Shown here in pieces: positions 41,008-50,697 of a stretch of DNA of 64,000 bases; the first letter of the stretch is position 1; each line of letters begins with the position of its first letter. The notes beneath the pieces are model-generated. The model was not told the origin of the DNA and did not search any database. It saw nothing but the letters and a program-made list of their open reading frames with translations. This DNA is from a virus. The stretch covers positions 2,385 to 66,384 of IMG/VR virus record IMGVR_UViG_3300042451_000707. One strand, given 5' to 3'. The position numbers were made by a program, and so were the translations under genes.

Positions 41008-41016
41008 ATAAATTAT

Positions 41017-41622
41017 TTATTGTTTAATTTTACAAGCCCAAACAACTTCTTTAAAATCCTCTTCCATATGTGGAAATAAATTATTTCTTTCACAAGATTC
41101 ATTAATATCACTGTCTTGAATTTCCAACCAATTCCAAATTTTATTATTAATATGTTCTTGGAAGTATGTTTCATCAGAGGCGTAATCGTGAGCCATAATC
41201 ACATCACCAACTTTTAGATAGTCAGATAATATTCTAAACTCATTCTTTTTATTACCGCCATCACATAATACTAATGTAACTCCTTCGGATGTAATAATAT
41301 CAATAACTTCTTGACCGTTTTCTAACTTATCGTATTGGTGGTTGAAGATATTTTCAACTTTTAATTCAATTTTAGAACCTTCATTAACATAATGTCTCAA
41401 ATATTTCGGGTCATTAACATCATAACTAACCAGTCTTGTTGTTTCCAAACCATTATTATCTAATATATCTCTCAACAATAAAGTTAATCCTCCCGATGAT
41501 GTTCCAATCTCCAAAACCTTGACCGGTTTTAATTCTGTAATTAATTTTGTAAATTTTTCTTCAACTGAAATGTGTTGCATTGTTGTTAAATTTCTATAGA
41601 CAAAAAATCCTGTAATATTCAT
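41017..41622 (-). CDS. Class I SAM-dependent methyltransferase (CmcI/Methyltransf_24-like)
   Basis: VLEIGTSSGG, LCDGG, LKVGDVIMAHD. Confidence 0.8.
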   Translation of the reverse strand: MNITGFFVYRNLTTMQHISVEEKFTKLITELKPVKVLEIGTSSGGLTLLLRDILDNNGLETTRLVSYDVNDPKYLRHYVNEGSKIELKVENIFNHQYDKLENGQEVIDIITSEGVTLVLCDGGNKKNEFRILSDYLKVGDVIMAHDYASDETYFQEHINNKIWNWLEIQDSDINESCERNNLFPHMEEDFKEVVWACKIKQ

Positions 41623-41623
41623 A

Positions 41624-42358
41624 TTATATTTTTTTTATTAAGTTTAACGAAAAACTTGAATTATCGTGTATCAAATACGGTTCGGTGTTAAATTTAGTTT
41701 TTATAATTTTATTTTCAATAGTGTAATAAGATTCATCTAACAACGCGGTTGAGAAAAAATACTCACAATTTGAATCTTTATTTAGTTCTTTTATTTTTAA
41801 GTGGTAATATTGCCAAACTCCTTGGTCGTCCCAAAAATCCAAATCAACATTCAAACAAATTTCTTCTAACTCTTTAATTATTTCATAAAAAGTGTTTGTC
41901 TTGGATATTATTGCTCCTGAGTTTAAATAGAAAAACTCTTTATTGTCAAGTGATTCACCCATCCATTTGGAAACAGCGTCTAAATACGGCCAACAATTTT
42001 TTTCAGTTGAGACTGTAATATCTTTACCCTCATCAATAAATTTGGTAATCATATCATTAGAACTTCTACTAAATTTAGTATCACTATAATCAATATGTGA
42101 AAGATATTCATATTTCCCTAAAATATTCTCCTCAATAAATTTTCGTAAAAGAAATATTTTTCCGTAAACCAAGTCTCTACGTCTTGTAACTCCAACATTT
42201 GGTATAGATTCCATATGAAATGGGTCAAATTCGTTTGAAAAATTAACGTAAATGTCATTAACGTCACCATCAAAATTAAATTTTTCTTTTAAATTTTCTT
42301 GTGATGGTTTTTCACAACCATAACAATAATATGTTGTAATTACTGCGTGTTTTTTCAT
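41624..42358 (-). CDS. GT-A glycosyltransferase resembling the PLOD/LH3 glycosyltransferase domain
   Basis: IDYSD, STEKNCWP, YLNSG, DDQG, IHDN. Confidence 0.72.
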   Translation of the reverse strand: MKKHAVITTYYCYGCEKPSQENLKEKFNFDGDVNDIYVNFSNEFDPFHMESIPNVGVTRRRDLVYGKIFLLRKFIEENILGKYEYLSHIDYSDTKFSRSSNDMITKFIDEGKDITVSTEKNCWPYLDAVSKWMGESLDNKEFFYLNSGAIISKTNTFYEIIKELEEICLNVDLDFWDDQGVWQYYHLKIKELNKDSNCEYFFSTALLDESYYTIENKIIKTKFNTEPYLIHDNSSFSLNLIKKI

Positions 42359-43035
42359 ACATTTGTTTTTTTAATAAAGTGGTAATCACCATCAGGTCCA
42401 TTATTAGTAAATAAACCAGTTACTAATTCAAAACCCAAAGATTCTATAAAACTAATTGATTCAACATTTAATGGTGCTCCAATATTATATTGACTATGTT
42501 GTAATTCAACAATTAGATGTTTACAAGTTTTTAAGGTTTCAGACATACCCTTTAATATATCAACCTCACACCCTTGGACATCAATTTTAATTAAGTCAGG
42601 TAACTTAAATTTTTTATGTTTAACAACAGTGTCTACCGTTGTTGTAATAACTTTTCGCTCGCTGTTTTCTCCATAATATATTTCAGTCGCCCAACTATCT
42701 TCTTTATAGTATGAATTACCTCCGGGACTTTCATTACTTTGGTAAAATATCAACTCTTTGTTATCAATATCACTTAACACTCCTAAATGATATTCATACC
42801 CCGATTCATCATATAAAAATCCAACTGAATCCATTCCATCAAAAAGATAAAAGGTCGAATTTTCCCAAATCTTTGAAGCTTCTTTAGTCCAGTGTAGTAC
42901 ACAGGAACCAATATCATAAATTACTTCCGGTTCAAAATTATATTCTTCTTTTATTTTTTTTAAGTATAAACTATGGCTACTGGGAATTACCGCCATATTC
43001 GATAAACTTCTTAATTTATTTTCTATTTCACTCAT
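42355..43035 (-). CDS. FkbM-family methyltransferase
   Basis: IYDIGS, TTVDTV, PDLIKIDVQGCEVDILKG. Confidence 0.88.
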   Translation of the reverse strand: MSEIENKLRSLSNMAVIPSSHSLYLKKIKEEYNFEPEVIYDIGSCVLHWTKEASKIWENSTFYLFDGMDSVGFLYDESGYEYHLGVLSDIDNKELIFYQSNESPGGNSYYKEDSWATEIYYGENSERKVITTTVDTVVKHKKFKLPDLIKIDVQGCEVDILKGMSETLKTCKHLIVELQHSQYNIGAPLNVESISFIESLGFELVTGLFTNNGPDGDYHFIKKTNV

Positions 43036-43037
43036 AA

Positions 43038-43775
43038 CTATATTAAATTAAATCCTTCTATAATTCTTGGACTTCCGTAATTCCATCCATTATCGTGTAC
43101 AAACATTGGTAAGGTGTTTGTTATTTTGTGTCTTAACCTACCATTTTCATTTTCAAACCAACTTCTTGATGTTAAATAAGTACTTAAAAAATGATTACAA
43201 GTTTCGTCTAACTTAATTTTTGGAATTAAATTGTTGATGTAGTAATATGTGTATATTCCTTGGTCGCCGCCAAAATTTTTATAATTTAGAGGTAAGACAT
43301 TATCTATTACGGTTTCCAATAAATTAAGATACAATTCTTTTGTGGTAACAATTAGACCTGAATTTAAGTAAAAACTATTCTTTAAATTCCATTCCGAATA
43401 TGACGATACAGGACTCCAAGAAGAATTATCATTAGGATATTTATTCATCTCCGATGAAAAAATAATACCATCAGTATATTTTAGGTTGTTAATATTATCT
43501 AAACAAACAACATCATTGGTATCACAATATACGATAACATCGTCATCAACCATTTTTAATTTATCCTTTAATAAGAATATTTTATATAAAATAAATTCAA
43601 ACTGATATGAGTAACGACTTTCAAACTCTTTCTCAAGGTCTATATAATCATGTCTATTAAAATGTACGTTGATAAAGTCACCTTCAACATTATTTTTGAT
43701 GAATGATTTATATAATATCGTATTTTTATAATCAAATTGAGGTTCGTAAGACCAAGTAATTGAAACTAATTTCAT
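43038..43775 (-). CDS. GT-A glycosyltransferase, PLOD-like paralog (likely start MKLVS at 43775)
   Basis: YCDTNDV, FSSEMNKYP, YLNSG, GDQG, VHDNG. Confidence 0.72.
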   Translation of the reverse strand: MKLVSITWSYEPQFDYKNTILYKSFIKNNVEGDFINVHFNRHDYIDLEKEFESRYSYQFEFILYKIFLLKDKLKMVDDDVIVYCDTNDVVCLDNINNLKYTDGIIFSSEMNKYPNDNSSWSPVSSYSEWNLKNSFYLNSGLIVTTKELYLNLLETVIDNVLPLNYKNFGGDQGIYTYYYINNLIPKIKLDETCNHFLSTYLTSRSWFENENGRLRHKITNTLPMFVHDNGWNYGSPRIIEGFNLI

Positions 43776-43776
43776 T

Positions 43777-44487
43777 TTATTTTTCGATTGGAAATCCTTG
43801 TTTAATATATTCTTCATAATTCACATCAAAGAACCATAAATCACTATATGACGAGTATTGGGTTGTTAATCCATATTTATAACACATCGCTTTATATATA
43901 GTAGGTAAAACATCTAATGGTTGGTCTAAATTATAATAATCGTATTTATCAGGGTGAATTACCACATCAACACCGTATGGGGCTAACGACAATAATTCAT
44001 CAGGTGTAACTGGTTGTCCAAAAAAATTAGTTTCACTAAAATTATCAATAATAAATTTACAAAAATCACGTTTAATTAAATATGATTGTGCGTATGATAC
44101 CGATGATACTTGAAAACAATTATTCTTATCTTTAATTGGGTCTCGTCGATTTCTACAACCTAACCAAAAAACATCCCATTCGGTATTATTGATATCATTG
44201 AAAATTTCATCACTTTTTTCTTTTAGTACATCCAAAAATAAACAATCGTCTTCTAATATTAGTAAGGTTTCAAAATCCGTCTCTAACAATTTTTCCATCA
44301 ATTGAAGGTGACTTCTTTTACAATTTAATGTGTTTGATTCGTATTCTGAAAACGCGGAATGTCTTTCAACACCGGTTATATTAAAATCTTTTAATTGTGT
44401 CTCTAATTTAACTTTCCTATCTTCACGTCTATCAAGATTTATATAAAATCCAATGTCCGCAATTTTAACATTATTTATCTCAACCAT
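43777..44487 (-). CDS. GT25-family glycosyltransferase
   Basis: YINLDRREDRK, CKRSH, LILEDD, AQSYLI. Confidence 0.82.
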   Translation of the reverse strand: MVEINNVKIADIGFYINLDRREDRKVKLETQLKDFNITGVERHSAFSEYESNTLNCKRSHLQLMEKLLETDFETLLILEDDCLFLDVLKEKSDEIFNDINNTEWDVFWLGCRNRRDPIKDKNNCFQVSSVSYAQSYLIKRDFCKFIIDNFSETNFFGQPVTPDELLSLAPYGVDVVIHPDKYDYYNLDQPLDVLPTIYKAMCYKYGLTTQYSSYSDLWFFDVNYEEYIKQGFPIEK

Positions 44488-44488
44488 T

Positions 44489-45754
44489 TTAACTTACGTG
44501 ATTATGTGTTAATTGTCCTGTTATTCTTTCACACCATCCTTTTGACTCCGAATGAGGCCATACAACCCAGTGTGTTGGTATTTCATCAGTTTGAAATTCT
44601 CTCCAAACTTTACAATACTTATCCGGGTCTCTCATAAATCCCGCAATTTCATTTTTATCCGCATCTTTACGATATAATGTTTTATCGTCTTTACCATGGA
44701 ACGCAACAACCCAAAAATCATAATCCGTTTCAGGTACTTGGGAATATCCAATATCAATACAATGTTTAAACATCATACAGAAACTATCTCTCCATTCTTG
44801 TTCCGTTTCAAAATTATATGGATTTGGTGGATAATTTTTATCTAAAGTATATTTGTCAATTGCTCGTTTTTCAAAAAGAATTCCGGCATATTTTTCATAA
44901 TCGGTTAAGGTTCTAACCGGCCCGAATCCATAAGGCCCGTCATGACCTTCTTGTTTTTCACCATCCATACCAAATAACTTTCTATTTGTTAAATGCGAAT
45001 GACTATTTTTTTCACCCCAAGTTCGGTCATCATCCCATTGTTTTGTTCTTCCTTTACGAGTATATTCGTGATAAACAACAGGAATGTGTGGGTGGAATAA
45101 ATCATACCCCCAAGTGTAAGCTCGAGCCGCAATAGAAATTTCTTCTCCGTGGAAGTAATATTCAGGATTATGTTGAACTTCATGTGAAAATTGACCTAAA
45201 GTAAAACAGAAGTGTGCGGAATAAAATCTTGCGGTTACCGGTTTTTTTAATTCTCTCCATCCCGGAATTGTTTCAGGTAAGAAGAACACCGCGCCCTCAG
45301 GAATAAATCTATCAAAAGACATTCTCCAAGCATCTTGGGCTCTACCTGCCGGGTCATTTTCAGGGTCAAAAGAAGGGACATAACCTGTAAGTAAAGGTTT
45401 CTTATGACCATCTTTTTGTAATCCTTTAATCATCTTGATTAGGATATCGTCCCAATCTTTAACAAATCTCATATGAGAATCTATCTGTAGAGTATATTCC
45501 TCACCACCATATAATTGTTGAACTTGATGTCTTGCCCAACAAACACCTTTGGCGTCTTGATAAGGAATATCTAAAATCTTAAATCTTTTATCTTGTCTGA
45601 ATTCATCTAAATTATCAAATCCATCTTCAGGACTAAATTGTCTTGCAATACCTAACACAAGGTTTTTTGGTTTTTTTGCGTTTGCCAACATATCTTTAAT
45701 TGTTGGAACTAATTGAGGGTCTCGGTAAGATGCTATTTGAACAAATATTTTCAT
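44489..45754 (-). CDS. GT60-like polypeptide N-acetylglucosaminyltransferase (Skp1 GlcNAc-T / OGNT-like)
   Basis: IFVQIASYRD, AKGVCWAR, LQIDSHMRF (DxH motif), FHGEEI, TWGYDLFHP, HEY. Confidence 0.82.
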   Translation of the reverse strand: MKIFVQIASYRDPQLVPTIKDMLANAKKPKNLVLGIARQFSPEDGFDNLDEFRQDKRFKILDIPYQDAKGVCWARHQVQQLYGGEEYTLQIDSHMRFVKDWDDILIKMIKGLQKDGHKKPLLTGYVPSFDPENDPAGRAQDAWRMSFDRFIPEGAVFFLPETIPGWRELKKPVTARFYSAHFCFTLGQFSHEVQHNPEYYFHGEEISIAARAYTWGYDLFHPHIPVVYHEYTRKGRTKQWDDDRTWGEKNSHSHLTNRKLFGMDGEKQEGHDGPYGFGPVRTLTDYEKYAGILFEKRAIDKYTLDKNYPPNPYNFETEQEWRDSFCMMFKHCIDIGYSQVPETDYDFWVVAFHGKDDKTLYRKDADKNEIAGFMRDPDKYCKVWREFQTDEIPTHWVVWPHSESKGWCERITGQLTHNHVS

Positions 45755-45772
45755 TTTGTGTATTTTATATAT

Positions 45773-45806
45773 AAAAATAAAAAACCCTCCACAAAGGTGA
45801 AGGGTT
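45773..45806 (-). terminator. Intrinsic terminator, copy 1 of a duplicated hairpin
   Basis: AACCCTCCAC-AAAG-GTGAAGGGTT with U-tract on the minus strand. Confidence 0.65.
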
Positions 45807-45832
45807 GTAACATTATTATTTTTATATAAGTT

Positions 45833-47563
45833 TTAATATGGAGAATCAATAGAATATACCACAGGTGTGGTGTTTACCGTAATTGAAGTTTGAGTTCCTG
45901 ATGAATCGGTAAATACTGACGCCGCATCAATACAATTCATTAATAATACGGTTTCAGAGTCTGCGGTTAAACTTGTAGTAGGTCTAGGTATTGTTGGGTT
46001 GGTAGGATTTAAATATGTTCTACCTACATTAACTTTAAGATTTGTTAATTTGGCGTTTGATATATTAATACCTTGGGTGTTAAATATTAAATCAGTTGTA
46101 CCTGTATAATCTCTAGTATCGGATTGTAGGTTATTAGTACTTGCAGTACCATCCATCCAAACACTTTCAACACCACCTTGTCTTGATATTGCAAAATATG
46201 TCCAAGTATCAGGAACTAAAGTGGTCGGTAATTGATATGTAATTGATGGTGCTGATATGTTATTAAGTATCACATTAAGAGAATTTGAATCTAATATAAT
46301 TCCTAATGAGTCATCACCTGATGTTGTTGAACCTAAAATTGGTTCTAAAGTTGAAGGATTGTTTGATGTTTTAAACCAAAATTCAATTGAGAAGTCATTT
46401 GAATCAACAATAACCCCTGGGGACATTATTAAATCACCACTAGACGCCATAGAACCTGGTCCAACTGGTGTCGGTGTTATTGTTGGTGTTACAGTATTAG
46501 TCGGTGTTATTGTCGGTGTTACGGTATTGGTTGGTGTATTGGTTGGTGTTTCGGTAGGAGTCGGTGTATTTGTAGGAGTTTCAGTATTCGTTGGTGTTGG
46601 TGTATTTGTTGGAGTTTCAGTTATTGTTGGGGTAGGTGTTGGGGTAGGAGTAGGTTGTATTCCTATTTGAAGATTAAACTCACCTTGATTATTTCCGGTT
46701 CCCCAAGTCCAACTATATGTTCCGGTTGTTAATCCCAAACTAGATAAAGTTTCATTCAAATATGTTGCGGTTCCACTGATATTTGTTCCGGATACATAAC
46801 CAGTTGGAATTAATATTGTTCTTACTCCTGCTAAAGGTGATACACCAAACATACCACCAGTTCCTGAATCAGCAGTTGAACTACCACCACTTCCAAAATT
46901 AAGTGGTCCGGATAATGTTGCACCACTATATTGTGTTATATTTGAGGCTGCCGCACCTATGGTTAGTTGTCCCACATTTGGGGTAATCAATGATTGGGTA
47001 CCTCCAAAATTAAAGGTTGACGTTAAATCGTTTATATTAAAGGTTCCTGTTCCCGACATTACAACATTTGAACCCACTTCAGTTATTGTCGCGTTAAATA
47101 CCGATGGAACACCTTGAGTTGGGGTTATTGTAGGTGTAGGTGTGTTTGTAGAAGTAGGTGTAGGAGTAACTGGAGTTGTTGTAGGTGTAGGGGTTATTGT
47201 AGGGGTTGGAGTATTTGTTGGTGTAATACTTGGTGTTGGTGTATTCGTTGATGTTGGTGTATTGGTTGGTGTTATTGTAGGGGTTAGAGTATTCGTTGGT
47301 GTAACACTTGGTGTTGGAGTATTCGTTGGTGTGTTCGACGGGGTAGGGGTCGGAGCCAATGGAAATGAACCATAGTTAATTACCGATACACTTGATTGAA
47401 ATAATTGAGCGATAGAATATGTACCATCAACAACCCAAATATTTTTAGTTTCATTTGGATTAAGATTTACTTGGTATTCCCACATAAAATCATCACATCT
47501 TTGGTAATTAAAATTTACTGCGGTGGTACCGGTATTTGTTAATGAATATTTACTACAAGCCAT
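45833..47563 (-). CDS. Mucin-like Thr/Pro-repeat protein with C-terminal LamG/ConA-like domain (likely start MACSKY at 47563)
   Basis: Two long (TPT/TNT)n tracts; DFSIEFWFK...[11 protein letters not shown]...VWMDG lectin-like domain. Confidence 0.78.
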   Translation of the reverse strand: MACSKYSLTNTGTTAVNFNYQRCDDFMWEYQVNLNPNETKNIWVVDGTYSIAQLFQSSVSVINYGSFPLAPTPTPSNTPTNTPTPSVTPTNTLTPTITPTNTPTSTNTPTPSITPTNTPTPTITPTPTTTPVTPTPTSTNTPTPTITPTQGVPSVFNATITEVGSNVVMSGTGTFNINDLTSTFNFGGTQSLITPNVGQLTIGAAASNITQYSGATLSGPLNFGSGGSSTADSGTGGMFGVSPLAGVRTILIPTGYVSGTNISGTATYLNETLSSLGLTTGTYSWTWGTGNNQGEFNLQIGIQPTPTPTPTPTITETPTNTPTPTNTETPTNTPTPTETPTNTPTNTVTPTITPTNTVTPTITPTPVGPGSMASSGDLIMSPGVIVDSNDFSIEFWFKTSNNPSTLEPILGSTTSGDDSLGIILDSNSLNVILNNISAPSITYQLPTTLVPDTWTYFAISRQGGVESVWMDGTASTNNLQSDTRDYTGTTDLIFNTQGINISNAKLTNLKVNVGRTYLNPTNPTIPRPTTSLTADSETVLLMNCIDAASVFTDSSGTQTSITVNTTPVVYSIDSPY

Positions 47564-47591
47564 ATTTTTTTCTTTTATAATAAATATAACC

Positions 47592-47626
47592 AAAAACAAA
47601 AACCCTCCACAAAAGTGAAGGGTTTT
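47592..47626 (-). terminator. Intrinsic terminator, copy 2 of a duplicated hairpin
   Basis: AACCCTCCAC-AAAA-GTGAAGGGTT, nearly identical to 45783-45806. Confidence 0.65.
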
Positions 47627-47648
47627 ATAATATTATTGAGTATTTCGA

Positions 47649-48149
47649 TTAACAGAATCCCGCTACCGCGATTACTTCTCCATTAATATCTGTTTGAATA
47701 TACCTGGTTCCATCAGACAAATAGAAAGCTCCGATTGGGTTAATACATTGTATTTCTTAATAAACAACATCACTAGGTTGTGTAACACTTAAATTAAGTG
47801 TATAAACAACCTGAGGTATTTAAGGTGTTGGGGTCGGTGTCGGTGTACTCGTCGTGGTAACACTTGGTGTTGGTGTATTTGTTGGTGTAACACTTGGTGT
47901 CGGTGTATTCGTTGGTGTAACACTTGGTGTCGGTGTTGGTTCAAATGGGAATGTTCCATTATTAACCAACGAAATATTTGATTGAAATAATTGTGCAATT
48001 GAATAACTACCATTTATTACCCAAATATTTTTAGTTTCACTTGGGTCAAGATTTACTTGATATTCCCACATAAGGTCATCACATCTTTGATAATTAAAAT
48101 TCACTGATGTTGTTCCTGTATTTGTTAAAGTATATTTACTACAAGCCAT
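47649..48149 (-). pseudogene. Paralog of the mucin-like gene, interrupted by two in-frame TAA codons (may still make a 109 aa truncated protein)
   Basis: Same MACSKY N-domain; frame continues past TAA 47820-22 and TAA 47757-59 to ...FYLSDGTRYIQTDINGEVIAVAGFC*. Confidence 0.65.
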
Positions 48150-48211
48150 ATTTTATTTTTTATTATAAATAGTCTAGTTGATTGAATTTGTTTTTTATTA
48201 TATTGTTTTTA

Positions 48212-50686
48212 TTATACACTCTGATATTGAAATTGGAGCATAAGACCTAAACTTTTATCCATTTCAAACCAAGCACTACCCATACATCTAATTGCAGCAC
48301 CTTCATCGTGAATTAAAACTCTATATCTACGAGCATCATATGCAATAATCTGTACTGTGGTACTTGGTGTAATATTATGATGTATTGAACCATATGAATT
48401 TGCTATAGCGTATCTTTGAAGTCGTGCGGCATTAGACGCCACATCTAAAGTCCAAAATGGTTGTATTCCAAAATTTTGAAAGTCGGGACATGCTGCCGGA
48501 AGTGAGAATAAATAATCACCATTTCCAGCATTTCCACCAGCATCCTTATCTAATGCTAAAGATACTTCCCACGCTCTAGGCCCTACTTGTCGGTAAAATT
48601 GTTCATTTCTAAAAACAGTCCCTCCAATAGTTGGAGCGGTGGTTGTCCCACCTATTGTAGGACCTCCACCAGGAAATTCCCATAATGGGACACCTGGTGT
48701 CGCCCATTCTGTGTTGTAATTAGTATTATTAACTTTTCTCAACACCTGACCTGTCGTTCCTCCTGATGGAACCGCATCAATCGCTCTCCAAGTATTACCC
48801 GTTGTTCCTATATTAAATCCTGTTCCTGCCAAGATTGTATTATTCGCCTGATAAAGTATTCCGTTATTCACCACTAACGCTCCCGAAGGATATGTATTAC
48901 TATTTGACCAAGAATTTGAAATAGCTCCCAAAAATTGAGATACATTTGTTGTTCCTAGTTGATTTATAAATGTTTGAGCGGTTAGAAACCCAGCATTATT
49001 TTGAAAAGTAGCCCTTAATTTAATTGTTTGATTGGTAGATGGTGTGTATTGAAAGATACAATAACCATTTCTAGCAAGACCTCTGGTTGTGAAAAATGGG
49101 GTGATTGTTGAGGCACCATTTTGATTTGGTAATGGGGTATTTGTTGTAGCATCTACAAATTGAATAAAAGTATCCCCTTGAAATTGATTAGTCCCACCCG
49201 CATCATAAACAACTGAACATTCTATTTGATAAGTTACACCTGCGGTTAAAGTCCATACACCTGAATTACTTAAAGGGATGTTTCCAACACTAAAAGCTAC
49301 CCCTGTAATATCTGTACCAACAGTACCTCCACCGGGTATTGTGGCAGATAAAGTCGCGCTACGACTAGTACTGATTGACCCTGTTGAAGGTAAAAATCCT
49401 GATATTTTTTCATATCCAAATACAGAGTTTGAAGCCGTATTATTATTAACTAAAGTTGATGTTCCCGTACCATTTGTTTTCCATCTCATTTTTATTGAGG
49501 CTGGACCAGTAAAAGTTACAAAAATTTCCTGTGTTGCCATTACCGCAACTGTTGAAGCGGCGGCTTCTTTTGTATTACCCGCACTACCATTATAAATCGT
49601 ATTACTTGAATCTGTGATAACGAATGATGTATTACCTCCAGCATCGCCATTAGTAACACTCATATTGTAATAAATCCTATATGTTCCTGCCGATGGTATA
49701 TTTAATGTTGAACCCGGTAAATCCGCGTATGAAGTAGCGCCAGCACCCCCTCTTGTTGAACCTGAAGTCGGATAAACTGAACCATATTCCGGAATAACAT
49801 TTCCATAACCAATTTGTTTCCAAGTTAAACCACTTGTCCCTATAACAAACGCCGTATTAGCAGGGATATTACCATTTGCCTGATAAAGAACATTTTGGTA
49901 AATAACTAAATCATTTTGTTTATATGAAACACCTAACACCCAATTTGATGTTGGTAATGTTGTTGATTGTGATGATAAAGTCCATCCCGAAGTCGCTCCC
50001 GATGTGAATAAATAAACATTACCCGCATTTGGGCCTGTTGTTATCAACGCCTTATCGCCATTTTCAGGTATTGAGAATGTAAATGAAGACCCGTCATAAT
50101 CAGCGTAGTCATTCGCCTCACCAACAAATACTCCGGTATTACCCGAAACAGGAACAATATAACGACCCGGAGTTGTAATATCATCAGGATTAGTGATTGT
50201 ATTATCAATTACAGATAATGATGGTGTTGTGATACCTCCCGGATTACTAAACGAAACATTTATTTGAGTTGAAGATAATGCCACTCCGACATAAGTGTCA
50301 CCCGTTGTTGTTATTAAACCATTGGCATCTGAATAGTAGTTATATCCCGGTAATAAACCCGTGTGAACTTCAGATATACTACTTTCTACGGCAACTTGAA
50401 CCGTACTACCAGTGGTTCCCGATTGTTGAGCAATACCGATAATTGGGAATGTTTCACCACTAATTGTATTCGTCGCAATAATGGTACCGTTGTCTCTTAA
50501 TCTAACCGCGTATCCTCTTGTAATGTTGGTAGACGCGGTAAATGGTGTAGTTGGACTACTAGCATCCTTCCATATAGTATTATAATTATCACCATTAATT
50601 TTTGATAATACTTGGTTTGCGGTTCCACCTGTTGGGATACCGAAACCTGTACTTATTCCTATTGCATTTGGACTATCTATTTTCAT
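48212..50686 (-). CDS. Tail fibre / virion appendage protein with CBM5/12-like repeats
   Basis: Gly/Thr-rich; PxGGTxxQVLxKxNxxNYNTxW twice; W....Y....LV......LYQAN.......F..GT.G.TW twice. Confidence 0.7.
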   Translation of the reverse strand: MKIDSPNAIGISTGFGIPTGGTANQVLSKINGDNYNTIWKDASSPTTPFTASTNITRGYAVRLRDNGTIIATNTISGETFPIIGIAQQSGTTGSTVQVAVESSISEVHTGLLPGYNYYSDANGLITTTGDTYVGVALSSTQINVSFSNPGGITTPSLSVIDNTITNPDDITTPGRYIVPVSGNTGVFVGEANDYADYDGSSFTFSIPENGDKALITTGPNAGNVYLFTSGATSGWTLSSQSTTLPTSNWVLGVSYKQNDLVIYQNVLYQANGNIPANTAFVIGTSGLTWKQIGYGNVIPEYGSVYPTSGSTRGGAGATSYADLPGSTLNIPSAGTYRIYYNMSVTNGDAGGNTSFVITDSSNTIYNGSAGNTKEAAASTVAVMATQEIFVTFTGPASIKMRWKTNGTGTSTLVNNNTASNSVFGYEKISGFLPSTGSISTSRSATLSATIPGGGTVGTDITGVAFSVGNIPLSNSGVWTLTAGVTYQIECSVVYDAGGTNQFQGDTFIQFVDATTNTPLPNQNGASTITPFFTTRGLARNGYCIFQYTPSTNQTIKLRATFQNNAGFLTAQTFINQLGTTNVSQFLGAISNSWSNSNTYPSGALVVNNGILYQANNTILAGTGFNIGTTGNTWRAIDAVPSGGTTGQVLRKVNNTNYNTEWATPGVPLWEFPGGGPTIGGTTTAPTIGGTVFRNEQFYRQVGPRAWEVSLALDKDAGGNAGNGDYLFSLPAACPDFQNFGIQPFWTLDVASNAARLQRYAIANSYGSIHHNITPSTTVQIIAYDARRYRVLIHDEGAAIRCMGSAWFEMDKSLGLMLQFQYQSV

Positions 50687-50697
50687 ATTTTTTTTTA

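Noticed and set aside
39322-45754. Eukaryotic giant-virus (NCLDV) origin suggested by PLOD/GT60-like enzymes and eukaryote-like nrdB
   Set aside because: Contractile sheath, tube, baseplate, neck and gp32/gp41-like genes identify a tailed bacteriophage
46257-47375. Plus-strand Val/Gly-rich ORFs (46257..46670 and 47142..47375)
   Set aside because: Antisense shadows of the Thr-Pro repeat codons
47649-47822. Stop-codon reassignment suggested by two in-frame TAA codons
   Set aside because: TAA, TAG and TGA all terminate well-conserved genes at the expected ends and long ORFs are intact in code 11; local pseudogenisation is the simpler explanation
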